A stretch of 63,774 bases of DNA, filler included, from Reticulomyxa filosa (lineage: Eukaryota; Protista; Foraminifera), in NCBI GenBank assembly GCA_000512085.1. It is 18 parts of 18 records of this genome, joined end to end, with 100 filler letters (N's around TTAATTAATTAA, not from the genome) between each part and the next. Parts side by side here need not be neighbours in the genome. Positions count along the whole stretch, not along the records: positions 48,178 to 51,412 come from ASPP01035806.1; positions 51,513 to 56,832 come from ASPP01024528.1; positions 56,933 to 60,029 come from ASPP01007716.1; positions 60,130 to 61,477 come from ASPP01040601.1; positions 61,578 to 62,629 come from ASPP01046377.1; 13 more parts are not named here. One strand, 5' to 3'. Positions 48,178 to 61,579 of this stretch are shown piece after piece. Position numbers and translations under genes: made by a program. The notes beneath the pieces were generated by a model. That model did no database searches and was not told where the DNA came from. It saw nothing but the letters and a program-made list of their open reading frames with translations. Position 1 is the stretch's first letter, and every line of letters starts with the position of its first letter.

Positions 48178-51130
48178 AATTCAAAGTCGCGCATATGCGC
48201 ACGCACATAATCAGTTTCGACCACGAGCGATCAATCTATGCATTTTCGATTGTTGTTCCGCTCCAATTTTCACAACAATCGAGTTTCCTTTGTTCGCCAG
48301 CGCCGTCTTTTGAGTGCTTCGAGTTTCCACTTGACATTGTCACAATATTAAATTGGGCGATACATCAAAGTTGGATTTTGTTTTTTCATTCATGTCGTGA
48401 CCAGAACCGCGCCTTCAATGTCGATTTCATCAAAAATCAATTGCTCGTTCACCTGGCTATACCGAGTTCGAAGGTCGTGGATATCTTCTTTGTGATTATA
48501 ATTGACAAAAGTAGTTTTGATATGCAGTCCAAATTGTAAGTCAACTTGTCACATTTTGAGCTTATTTGGTGAATTTGGTCCCATGATGATGGCCGTGCTC
48601 ACATACCATGCCGACTCCTTTGTAGCATCCCAACTTCAAAACTCGCCTTCACATTCTGGACATCGTCTTTTCAAATATTGGCGACTCAGATCATCGTTGT
48701 GGTGACGTTTTAATTCTTTCACAAGTAATTCTCGTTTTGGTGGACACGTAGAGTACGTATTCCTTTGTGCGCTCCATTGTTCTTGTCCCTCCACAACTAT
48801 CTGCTCGTCTGTCGAGAAATGTGTTGTACCAATGAAATGGATCGTGGACATCATATGCCATTGATCACTTCCACGATCTCACCTATTCCAAGAGGTTAGT
48901 TGTTGTTTTCTCCAATTCTGTTCATTTTGTTGCGTTGCTGTCTTGGTCGAACTCGGGCTGTATTGCGTTGTCTATGTTTCCAAATTTCAAAGTTCAGCAT
49001 TGCACATCGTTTGAAAAAAAAAAAATAGTCAGATTAACTCTTTTTTTCCCCGTTTCAATTTGCATCCGTTGTCCAATACTATATTTTCTTCTCTTTCGTC
49101 GTCGCTGTCATCTGGCTTCCACTTCCGAAATCGGTTGTCAATTGGAAGGTCGCATTTGAGGTTTCCGAGCCCAATGGCTTCACCACAGGAAGCACTACTT
49201 GAGAAATTGATTCTCTCGTGTGGAATGGCCACGACATACATTGGCCTCAAAAAGATTCTTTCCTCACGCTGTCCCATTGTGCCATAAGTGTTCAATGTAA
49301 TTCCAAGTCAGTGATATTTTCTTTCATCTCCAATGCACTTCACCACTTCTTCTTTTCCTCCAATCTTGAATTGACTTTTCGGTTAGGCTCTTGCGGAGGT
49401 GTTGTGTATCGTCTTCGTCGTCGAAGTTGTTATCGTTGTTGCACGCAGTTTGCTTTCTAACATCAAAAAACAAAATCCAACAATAATTAAGGACTTTGTT
49501 TTCCAAAAACAAATAAATAAATTATATCACTAGCCCTAGTTTCTCTACAACAAAATTCACCAACATACTTTTTGTTCGTCCATTTTCGGCTTGTCGTCTT
49601 TGTTTTCGTTTTCTTGCTCATTTTCATCCACTTCTGCTTCTTCCTCGCTTTTTTGATACTGTCCAAAGACGTTTCCGAGCTCGAGTCCCGTTTCTCGCCT
49701 CGACTAAAGTCAGCCCGCCAACACATTTCACGACACCTTTACGAACACGACCGCCAACTTTGACGTTTTTGCTTCTTGTGTCGGCCCTACCACGGTCAGT
49801 TCGTAATGGAATTTTCCGTCATGTACCCCTTTCTCAGTCATGGCCCCTTTATCCGTCATGTGCCACCTTTATCCATTGAGCAATCCCAACATGATCATTT
49901 CATCGCATTTGTTAAATCCAATGAGCTTGATCTCACTCCATTTTGGCATTGATCATCCTTACTTTGTTGTCGACTTTGCAAGCTTGGGCGGACTGGAAGC
50001 GGTGCTGGCCTCCGTCGTAATGATCCAAGTACAAGCCACTCAATGCATCCGGATCAGTCGCTGCAGCTGTTGCTACACTATAATATCGGCGTCGCTTTCA
50101 CTTTGCGTGCTATCACCATCTTCTTCTTTCTTCTTCCTGGCGGGCTTGGTTTTATGTTCTAGTGGCACCAAGGTCTGGACATTGTTTGAGATTGGCTCTA
50201 TAGTCTTGTCCCAATGCTCCTATGCTATATCGTGATGCTTTCCAACTACGAGTTTATCTTCTATCGTCGACGTTGTGATGATGAACACACTTTGGCCTGG
50301 TCGAATGAACGCGAACATTTGCAATGAGGTACTGCACTATTTGTAAATTCTATTTTTTTTTTTTTAAGAGTATCCGTTCTCCATCTTTTTTTTTGCTTTC
50401 TTGATTGCCACCAACATGTCGTCCGTATTTCATAGCGATCCCGGAAGAAGTTCAACAGAGATAATATGCGCTTACTCGACAAACGCAATTCCAAAACGCT
50501 TGCGGTAATGGAGGCAGAAAATGCAACCGACTATCTCTTTCTTCATCAATCAACTATTCTCAACGTCGACCCCATCCAAGTTTTGCATTTGCGTACGCAC
50601 ACAAACAGTTTCTGTGCGATCTCTGTGTTAACAAACTTAAGTTCATTTCCATAACGATCAAATTTTCATTATTCTTTGACGCTGGCAGGTCGCATTTCGA
50701 TACCATTTTTGGTGCTGTGCCATATCAAGAGTTATCAGCAGGACTTTTGCATCTAAGTTGGTGGCAAACAAATCTTTATACTGCTTCGAGTTGCAATTGC
50801 CGGACATCAACAAAGTATTTTTTATTGGGTCATAATATGAGAAGATAGCCCACGCACACGAGTGGCGAAATTGCGCTTTTCCTGAACGCGAAGAAAAATT
50901 TCATAACCAAGTTCGACAATGCCATTGGTAATGCCCGTTATTGGAAATTGTGGAACAGGCGAATTGCGATGATGATAACGATTTGCATTGGCGACCATTG
51001 TTCTCCAAGTGCTGGAACAATTGGACGAATATAATAATTTTTATATTCATCTCCATTCACAAACGCTCACTGCTTCTCACGCTCACTACAATCAGCAAAG
51101 TGCGAATACGCGCACGTACCCAATTTGATA
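48178..51130 (-). pseudogene. Decayed multicopy gene containing a CAP-Gly-like segment
   Basis: STIHFIGTTHFSTDEQIVVE; DNA homology with 61680-62372 (inverted) and 29700-30880; no long ORF. Confidence 0.6.
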
Positions 51131-51595
51131 TTGGCGACCGATCTCCGCTGCTAGATTATTGACGCCCATAAAAATTGATTCCAATTTCCACATCGATATA
51201 ATCTATCTTGTTCGTCGGCACCTGTCGGTAGACATTCCACAAACAAGCAAAGTAATTTAAACTATTTTTTCTTTCTATAATAAATACCAAACTTTGGAAT
51301 TCTCTTTCTCCTCCAATTTTTTCTCATCCAATGATTTGGCTAGTTTCGCTAGCTTCTCCACAACATTTGGCCACTTATACTTTGTCAATTGTTCGTGCGT
51401 GTGGCCAACGCANNNNNNNNNNNNNNNNNNNNNNNNNNNNNNNNNNNNNNNNNNNNTTAATTAATTAANNNNNNNNNNNNNNNNNNNNNNNNNNNNNNNN
51501 NNNNNNNNNNNNAAAAAAAATCGCAGAGGAAAAGGGGGGAGGAGGAGAGGGAGGGAAAAAAAAAAGGGGGAGGAGGGGGGGGGGAACACAATTTA

Positions 51596-52231
51596 ACATC
51601 TTTAAAGACAATATAAAAAGGACACTCGCAAGAGCTCAGGATTTTGATAATTTCTTTGTGCTTCAAGTCGTCCACTCTTTTTCCATTCACTTCATACAAT
51701 CTTGACGCTATTTTCAGACCCTGTTTCGCATTTTTTTGGTCTTGGATTGACGACACAATGGCATTTTTGCCCTTTGTGTCCATTATTACACTGAATCCCA
51801 ATGGACGTTCGTTAAATGTTATTTCGTACAATTTCTGTCAAACAACAAAAAATATAAATATGTATATAATTTTTTTTTTTTTTTTTTTTTTTTGGGAAGA
51901 GTTTGCAGGCGAAAATATAAAACTTATTTTGTTATCTTTTTTTTTCCCCTCTTCCCTCTCTCTCTTCCCCTTTCGTCTCCTCGCCTTCTTTCGAAGTTGT
52001 GACAAATAGTCCAACCTCTTCTTTATAATGTCGTTCATAAGCTGCAATAATCTTTGATTCATTGATCCCTTTTTTTTTCAAAAATTCAATAATTTTTCGT
52101 TTCGCTACTTGTTTCTGTTCTGCTTTTCGAATCAACGCCAAAACTTTCACGATATAGTCCTTATCGTCTTTCTCTTTTTCAGTATTATTCTCAACTTCTT
52201 GTTCTGGAATTTTTGCATTTGTAGTCGTCAT
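51596..52231 (-). CDS. Pex14N-like + PDZ-like protein, paralog of 39682-40205
   Basis: KRKIIEFLKKKGINESKIIAAY; YEITFNERPLGFSVIMDTKGKNAIVSSIQ; intron at the same position as in the paralog. Confidence 0.75.
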
Positions 52232-52718
52232 CTTTACGTTGTCTTTTTTGGGAAAAAAAAAAAATTTAACTGAGTTTTCACGAACTTTTCAGTATTTTGT
52301 AAAACAAGAAGTGGTACAAAAATCACCAAATTTTTACTTTTTAAAATAGAAATAGTTGTATTTTTCTCTTTCTCATATTGCTTCTCTATTTCAAACACAA
52401 GGTTCGTTTTATTCTTGTCATTTTTAACCTATGGCTTTTTTCTTTTTTATACCTTTTCAAAATCAGATGTCGAGGACTATCGCAAAATTTTTTTTTGGTA
52501 ATTTATTCAACTTACATTTTTAGCAGGCTCCACTATGGAATTAAGTAAATATGTTATCTTTAAACCTACATTGACAAAACCCTTACAACAAAAATAGCGG
52601 CACAATCTCCGCTCTCTACACGAAGTGAAGTTACACGCAAACAACTCGTTTTATCTACAGTCTGTCCTAAGGACAGCAAAATATATTTTAATTTTTTTGG
52701 ACAATTGTTGTGTCTAAT

Positions 52719-54737
52719 TCATTTAGCCGTTGTATGATCTTCTTTTTTTATTATTTCGTTTTCATTTTTTATCAAAGAACCAATCACTGGAATAAGTGGT
52801 GGTAAATCGGTATCAACCTCCATTAACTGTTGATTCTTCTCTGATTCTGTCCACTGTTCAGCTTCGGAACTTTTATCAGAGGAAAGGAATTGGTCAAACA
52901 ATTCCGGATTCTGAAACAAAAACATCTCTGGAAAAATTTGGCTAAGTTCAACATTGCAATTGTCACTAATGTTTTGATCATTGTTAAAAACTAAAACAGA
53001 AGAGTCTCCGTAATTACTAACGATGGGATGAACAACTTCGGAAGACACATCAACCTCTGGCTTGAGAGCTTCCAAGCAAGACGATTTGATAGAATGTTTT
53101 TTTTCACTATTCAAGTTGTCACAAAGTTGTTTTACAATCTTGGGTTTTTTTTGGGTTGAAATCCATGATGCGTCTTTGTCACAAGATGGATGTTTGGTTT
53201 CCACATGTCGTCTCAAGGACGATTTACGTGTAAACTTGCGTTCTAATCCTTTTTCTTCACACAGTAAACAATGAAATGGGTGTGTGAACACGCGATTTTT
53301 TAAATGTGTTAACATGTGGCACATTAAATTGGCTTTCTGATGAAATGCCTGTTGTAGTGTTAAAACATTAACATAGAAAATTTTTGTAATGAATGTGTAA
53401 ACTAATGCCAAATTCATTTTTTTTTTTTTTAAATAAACTTAACTTTGTTGCAAATTGTACAGACATGATCAGGCTGTTGGGCAAGATGCTGTTCTTTTAT
53501 ATGTCTTTGCAAATGAGCCCTTTGTTTAAAAGGCTTTTGACATTCTAAACAAGTCATATTTGGCCCACAAAAGTTTTCAATCAATTGATTTAATTTTACA
53601 TTTTTTGAATATTGATTTGAGTTCATTTGAAAAGGAAAATTTATGTTGCAGCTACGCTCCGACAATGGCGTTGTAATATTTTTTTCATATACTGTTTCTT
53701 TTGTGTTTTCAGTTTTAACGTTATGGTTTCTTTCATCGTTTTTTATTGAATTGTGTGTAGTGTTTGATAACGCTACATTCAATTGTGTATGTTCTGGCAT
53801 TTCATTTTGATCAATTGCGACAAATTCCTTTGTTTTCGTGTTGCTCGTCATTTTTTCAGCTGTTAAATTTATTTTGTTAAAGTTTAACTTTAGATTAAGA
53901 ATTAATGTAGGATCATATCAGCGATGTTTTGCTTTTCAAAAACCTTACCACTGCTTGCTTTTTTTGCATTTTCGATTTTTACAATAAAAGTTTTATTATG
54001 TTGTCGTTTTTGTTTATTTATGTTATGCTTTTTCCTTTCGCGTTTAAATTTTGACGACACTGGCAATGATGAATGTTTCGGAGGAACTTTTGTTTCCACA
54101 CTGCTCATATTATTATCACTACCTACACTTTGTCTAACTTTTGTGTTTGGAGTTATCGCAAGAGGTGGTAAAGATAGCTGTTGAAAATCAAACAAGGACA
54201 ATTACTTGTTTTATGTTTTGTTACAATTTTAAATCTTATCACCACGAGGTTACTTCAAAACGCGAGGTTTTGTTACAAAAGGGGAAAAAGTTTTGACAAA
54301 ACTTCTTGATCCCTTGTATTACGTTCAACCAATAGTAATTGATTATTCAATCCGCCCATATCTGTTTGAACGGCCATGCTCACCTTGTAAGAGCTGTGAT
54401 CATCTCCACATGGAGTAGAGCTCTTCTCACTCGTTTTACAACAACTGTTGTTCACTAAGGTTAAAGCCTCAATATTACAATGGTTGGGAGTAGTGTTTCC
54501 ATAAGTCTGCAAATTAAAAGAATTTTTTTTTTTTGCTAGTATTCTTTCACATAAATAAAAGAAAGAGGTCTTAACACAATTATTGATTAAGTCCCTCAAT
54601 GCTGACATATGTGAAATCAATCCATCTTGATTGCTTGTGTTATTATCAATAACATAAGATAGAGAATAAAAATTAGGCAGTGGCAAGGACAATGAATGTC
54701 CAGAAAGCATATTATTTTGCACAAGGTATTGACTCAC
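52719..54737 (-). CDS. C2H2 zinc-finger protein (3 fingers), multi-exon
   Basis: CLECQKPFKQRAHLQRHIKEQH; CTICNK|AFHQKANLMCHMLTH; CLLCEE..FTRKSSLRRHVETKH. Confidence 0.85.
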
Positions 54738-55422
54738 TTCTCTTAATTGTCGTTATCAATGTTCAATTTTCTTGTTTATAACTTTTCTATGTTGCGTATA
54801 AACAAAAAAATGGGTCTGTGGAAAATATGTGACGAAAATGAAGCAGCGTTCTGACAGAGTTGATAAAAAAATATCAACTTTTTGTTTGATACCCTCAATA
54901 TGAATTATTTTACTTGAATTTCTCACAATGTGAGCATGTAAGGAGTCATTGATTACTTGGCAACAAAATTTTTGTCTGAGTTAGTTATGGCAGAAACTAT
55001 GGGTGTTGTCCGACATTGCAATCGATTCTGACATTTTAATGTTTTTTTTTGCTACTCTTTCCCAAAAAAAAAAAAGTCATTTTGTCTGCAATTGTGACAG
55101 CCTCTTCTTTTTTCTAGTTTAACTTATGTTTTATTTAAATTTCCTCAAAATATTAAACTTTTCGTGTCACAACTTTTCTGTGGTTTATCGCGACTTATTG
55201 CATGTGTTGTTTATTTTTTGAGTAACAAAACAGCAATGTAATTTTTATTGGATTCAATTGAGTTGCAACTAGTTGTCGATTGTGTGATGTGTTATTTAAT
55301 TTAACAGCAGTAATTAAAGCTTTGGTTAAACTTTTTTTTTTTTTAGTTTAAAATGAGAAGTTTTTTTTTTGGTACAAAAATCACAAGTGTTGTTTCTTAC
55401 AACGAACAATAAAGTCTTCATT

Positions 55423-56480
55423 TCAAAGAAACATATAACACGACAAGGGACTTCCCATGCCAAATCCTCGACAATACTCGACTTGGATTTGGCTGTTGTC
55501 TTCAAATTTTTCTTTTGGAAAGCTGGACCCAAAGCACACATGGATGGGCAGCAAATGCTCCTCACGAGGACGTGCAAAGCGACCACTATTTTGTGGCGAT
55601 TGTTTTTCCCAATCGGCCAACAGTTTCCATTTTTCTTTGGGACTCAGTTTTTCACTAGTTAAAGTGCTATACAACCAGTCATCAAATAGTTTGGCTCTGT
55701 TTTCGTTTGTGCCAAAGCCCCTCAAGTTGTGAAAAGTCATTCCAGAGCCGATTATCATTACCCCTTTGTCACGCAGCGCAGATAGCACCTATTTTGTTTC
55801 ATGTTTTTTTAAATGAGTTGTAAGCAAAACAAATAAATAAATAAATAAACATATATATATATATACATATATATATATGTTTATTTATTTATTTATTTAT
55901 TTTTTGTAATGCATTGATTACACACACACAAAACTTTGCCAATGTGCAAATGTTCCGTCGCGTCCAAACTGTTCAATAACGACAACTGCAAAATGTGTAT
56001 ATCTGCCTTTGGCCTTGCAAGTAGCAACGGTATGAACACTCCATGGTCCCATCCTCTTGTCTTATCATACTTTATCTGCGACTTTAGAAACTTCAGACTA
56101 GTTGATGCGCCTGTTAATAACTTTGCCATTTCGTCTGTCAAATCTAAGGCGCACTCCGCTTTGTACTTCAATTGATAGCTTTCCTTTGGAAAGTTGTAAT
56201 AGTCAAAAAATAACGAAGGCTTCTTATGATACATACACGTCAGCTCTGCTTCCTCCCAATGTGCTGAGACCACGAGCAATGCTCGCGGCTTGTATTTGCT
56301 TATTTATGCTCCCAACCAATCCAATGACTTCAACACAAAACCATTCGTTTTGTCTTCCTACGATGCGTTCTTCAACTTTGCCAAGTATGGCATTGGACCT
56401 CCGCCGTGACATACGTACAACGCGAGCTGTCTTTGGAGTGCTTCTCCTTCTTTCTTGTCAGAAACAGTTGCCTGTGACAT
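55423..56480 (-). CDS. LigB-family / 4,5-DOPA extradiol dioxygenase-like, with two in-frame stops in exon 1 (possible pseudogene)
   Basis: HGGGPMP, LLVVSAHWE, FDYYNFP..Y.LKY, RGWDHGVFIPL, IIGSGMTFHNL, PREEHLLP; intron ~55790-55936. Confidence 0.85.
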
Positions 56481-57329
56481 TTTTTGAAGAGAAAAAGGAT
56501 AGCAAAAAGTGGATAAACTAGCACTATATAAACGAGCTATAGATAACAACATAAAAGGGAAGAAAATTAAAATTAAAAAATTCATTTTTTAACCAACTTT
56601 TCAACGTCTGGCTCTTATTCTCCTTTTTTGTTTTACCCAATGTTTTTTTGCTGGAGCCATTTACCTGTAAATAAAAATTTTTTTGAAAAAAACTAACTTA
56701 AACGGTGGTGTTTTTATTATTATTATTATTTTTTTTGCTGAAAACTACAACAAGATAATTTGCACAGTAGACGAAAGAATTCAATAAATTTAAAGTAAAC
56801 AATATATATTAATTTTTACAAGCAATTCAAAANNNNNNNNNNNNNNNNNNNNNNNNNNNNNNNNNNNNNNNNNNNNTTAATTAATTAANNNNNNNNNNNN
56901 NNNNNNNNNNNNNNNNNNNNNNNNNNNNNNNNAAAAAAAAAAAAAGAGCCGATGCGGTTTACAAAAGTGGCTCGGTGCTGGGGTTAACATACGTTTTGGA
57001 AAAAGAACATTCTCAAAACGCTTAAACTTAAACACAGTCAAAAATAACCTCAATAAAAAAATAATCCCAAACAAATATTTTCTTTTTTTTCCGTCTTTGA
57101 AGATTTAATACTGTAACCAAATTGGTTTGCAAACGCTCAACGAACACAATTTTTTGGAACTTATTTGGCTTGATCTTAAACAATTACAAATTAAATCGTG
57201 ATAAGTCGCAATGAGAGAGAAATAACTTTGCATATCGTTGATCAATTTTCAAAGACCTTTGGTAAAGGCAAAGTTCCAAAAGGGTCCTCTCTAATAAATA
57301 TTATATACGGTAATTATAGCTCTGCAATC

Positions 57330-58759
57330 ATGGCAGAAGGAAATAAATTAAGTGAAAGTGATCAGTCAAAACAGTCAAAAATTCCTTTGACCATTATAAC
57401 GGGTTATTTAGGCAGTGGGAAAACGACGTTAGTGAACCGTTTACTGGACGAGCTTGTGTCAAAGAAAAAAAAAGTGGCAATAATTCAAAACGAGTACAGT
57501 AGTGGCGGAGTGGAAGAAACGACAGCAACAAGCTCTGACGGGAACGTGTACACAAACTTAGTGGAATTAGCGAATGGGTGTGTATGTTGTACAGTGCGAG
57601 GAAACTTTTCGATAGTGGTCGAAGATCTAGCAAAAGAGCATAAATACGATTACATTTTATTGGAATGCAGTGGATTAGCCGATCCTGCGCCATTGATTGG
57701 GATGTTTTGGATAGACAGTTTATATCTCAAACAAACAAAAAAAAAGTCTTTTATTTATTTATTATTATTATTATTTTTTTTTTGGAGAAATGCAAAATAA
57801 AAAAATAAAAAAATGGAATAGATGATTTGGAAGCAGATATATACTTGGATGGTGTGATTAGTGTATGTGATAGCAAATATTTGCTGACGCATACAAAATG
57901 GGACGCACACGTACATAACGACCATAAGGACAAAGAAGAAGAGAGAGATGATGGAAACAAGTATGGACAAATAATCCATCAGGTTGCATTTGCTGATCGG
58001 ATTTTATTGAATAAACAGGATCTAATCACAAGTGAGGAGCACATAGCATCACTCATGAATAAGATCACGAGTATCAATCAAATTGCTCGTGTATACCTAA
58101 CACAGAAATCAGTGATACCGAACTTGCTAGGAGAACTGTTGTATATCCGGGCTTACAATAACGACAATAGCGAATACGAAAATGCTTTAGTAAATATGAA
58201 GGAGGCCACTACAAAGCACAGTTCCAATTGCGCACAATGCGCCACACAAAAACAATGTTGTCATGATCCACACGTCCAAAATTTTGTCCTTGAGAAACGT
58301 GGGAGCTGTGTCACCATTTCAAAGGTGGAGGAATGGCTCAGTGATGTTTTGTGGCAAAATGCTTACGATGAAAATGCTCGAGAACTCATTGCTTATAAGA
58401 AAGGCTTGTCAACACAAAATCAAACAGAAAAAGCAACAGAAAAAGAAGAAGACAATAACAATGACGATGACGATGACGATAATGGTGACAAAATATCGTC
58501 CAAAACCAAAATGGATATTTACAGAATGAAAGCTGTCCTGCCTGTCGCCACTGGCGAAAATTATTATTTGCAAGCCGTTGGGGAGTTGTTTGACATTGAA
58601 AAAGGAAAATCCAAATGGAAACAAGAAACTTCTTCTTTTTCCACGACCAATCAAGACTCTTCCAATGCAAATGATGAAAACTGTTTGTGTCGGTTTGTCG
58701 TTATTGGTAAACGTCTAGACAAGGACATTCTTCAACAGGGATTTGAAACCATTTTTTAG
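57330..58759 (+). CDS. CobW/COG0523 (ZNG1/CBWD-like) metallochaperone GTPase
   Basis: IITGYLGSGKTT, IIQNE, ELANGCVCC, LLECSGLADP, QVAFADRILLNKQDL, IYRMKAV, FVVIGK.LD; intron ~57719-57822. Confidence 0.93.
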
Positions 58760-59197
58760 CTTTTTTTAAACATCCAAACGCTTGTTACCTTTCTTGTTGT
58801 TCCTGCAAGCTTTCTTCAATCAAAATAAGAAAAACAAGAGGAATGTCTTTTTTTCGAAACACAATTTTCCTTAAAAAAACTTTGTATACGGATACTTTCG
58901 CCAAGGACAATTGGCGCAAATTTTGAAACAAAGAAAAAGGGTACGACCAAAAAAAAAAATCTGCCATGGGGTGAAAAAATGTACGACAAACAAAACAAAC
59001 AAAAATTACAATGCTACATAAAATAATGAGTGGGAAATTGGATCCAAAATTTACATTTTTGTATTTGTTTTGTTGCAGTAGTACATTTTTAGTTGAATTG
59101 CACGTAAATGGGGAAGGGAGGAAGGGGAACAACCACTGCATATGTTATGTGCAATAGCAACATAAGACATTGTCGGAAGACCAAGTATGGCACGGGA

Positions 59198-59850
59198 CTA
59201 ATCCTCTGACATCAATTTGTAATGATTATCAACGGAAGGAGAAGCTTCAACAAGAGTACCAGTATTTTGGGCAGCGGACTTTGAATAAGTGCTTTGATGT
59301 CTGACAACAGCATCACCCTCCTCGATGATATAGCGTAATAAGAGCTTCATGGTCAAAAGTTGAAACATTTGGAAACAACAATCATGGGCATTGCAATAGC
59401 ATTTGGAAGAATGTTCATTAGTGGTCTCGTCATTGTTACATTTGCACTCACAAAATATTTTATAGTAGGGGTCCGCAAAAGAAAAGCATAGAAGAACACA
59501 AACGCAGTTTATAATAGTGTCGATATTGTAATAATAAGACAATACCCCAAACGACCACTTATCTTGTCCATACGATTTCCATTCCCAATATATCCAAGAC
59601 AGTCCAAACATAATACTACTTAGTAATGCTATCGCCGCCAATACTGTGGTTTTCGTTACCACTCGCAACAATACCACATTGCGGGTCGCTGTCGTCCCCG
59701 CGCTTTCACTCGACAAGCTCTTCTGCAATGGCAATGCACTAGGTGGTTCCAATGTGGTCACCGCCGACTGGCTATGGCTAATGCTTATGCTATTTTGTAG
59801 TGTCAATTGTAGATCCTGCGTCGATCCGGAATTATTTTGCCATTGCCGTT
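59198..59850 (-). CDS. Membrane protein C-terminal exon (GPCR-like TM6-TM7 pattern)
   Basis: VVTKTTVLAAIALLSS..., IDTIINCVCVLLCFSF..YYKIFC. Confidence 0.55.
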
Positions 59851-61579
59851 GTTGTAATTGTCTTTGTTGTTTCGTTTTGTTTTATTTGAAGCAAAGTGTT
59901 ACGCAGATGTACTTTTTTTTTTTTTTTTGGAAACAAGTACGTATACATATTGAATTTTTTTTTTTTTTTCCCTCACGGAATTTAGCTTATTAAAAAAAAT
60001 AAAGATTGCTCTTTTTTTTTTTTTTTTTTNNNNNNNNNNNNNNNNNNNNNNNNNNNNNNNNNNNNNNNNNNNNTTAATTAATTAANNNNNNNNNNNNNNN
60101 NNNNNNNNNNNNNNNNNNNNNNNNNNNNNTGCGTGTTGTGTGACTGTGAGAGGTGGAAGTGCTTAAAACCTACTGCATATATTGACCTCAGTTGCTTTAA
60201 GTGTACCGAGTGCAAACTCCTGGTAATTGAGATAGTAACTCCTTTACTGGGAACGGGTGTCTTGTGTGAGAGGGTAGCTTAGCCTTAAGGGTGTTCGACG
60301 CCTTCCGGGAAATTGGCAATTTCGAGGCAAATACCAGTCTTTTGTTTTGGCAGAACTCCGAGAGTTGGGTAACTTCTACTGAACCTCGGGCAAAACCGAA
60401 ACCCACTCGCTGATAACAAGGCTTGTGAAGGCGATCCAGACGGTCGAGGCAAGGTGTATTTACCCCAATCGGCTCTACTGCAAGCCATGATTGGACAAAA
60501 TACCCAGCATCCGATCTAATGGTAAGGCAGACATGTTAACTACACTTCCGAACATGTCTGACACTAGTGAACTATCAAATGCCGGCATGGTGGCATTGGA
60601 AATGGAATCCAATGAACTTAATCACCGATGTTGCTGATTTAAATTCTTTGGATTTGATTGGAGTGACGACAATCGTTGGCGTATTCGTACACAGGAATTG
60701 TCGTCGAATTTGCATGTTTTTCTTTCACACATTTTCAAATGTGATTTCATCAATCTTCTTTTCTTTGTTTTGTCGCATACTTGAGCTGTGTAATAAAACT
60801 TGAAAGTCGATAATTGATGCTTTGCTTTCTTTGCAACTTCATCATTTAATCCATCATCTGTCGTCTTTCGTTTTATGGCTATTCGCCTTGTGCTATTTAT
60901 GTCGACGTCCATGTCTTTATTCAACGTCATTTTGGAATCAGGCATATCAATACCATATCCAATTAAGAAACAAAAATGCGTTGTCCAGAAAAGTATTAGC
61001 GTATACATTTTCTGGAAATTTTCGGACATTATTTGTTCGTTTTGCAGTTGATGTTAATGAGCAGCAACTAATTCAAAATTTCAATGATGCGAAGGATGGA
61101 CAAATGAATTGGATGTGCACTCAGATCAAAACCACGTGGTCATCACCACGAATTGAAAGACAAAAGATTGAATCTGAGATTGAAGAACATTGACAATTGG
61201 ATGCAATCTATTGATCTTAATGTATTGGGAAGCACAGAGACTAGCAAGAATGAGATCTTATCCTAGTTAAAATGAGCACCTCGTCCCAAAGGAACACAGT
61301 ACTCTAAAAAAAACAAAATCCACAAAAAATTCTCAGGCTCACACACAACCGACACAATAAGTGAAAAAAAAATTAAATTTCAAGTTTTAATTAAACTTCA
61401 AAATACCAAAAAAAAAAATTAAATCTCAAAGATCAATCAACAGTTGTGAAAACAATTTTGGCTCTTCCCTGTGGAATNNNNNNNNNNNNNNNNNNNNNNN
61501 NNNNNNNNNNNNNNNNNNNNNTTAATTAATTAANNNNNNNNNNNNNNNNNNNNNNNNNNNNNNNNNNNNNNNNNNNNCA

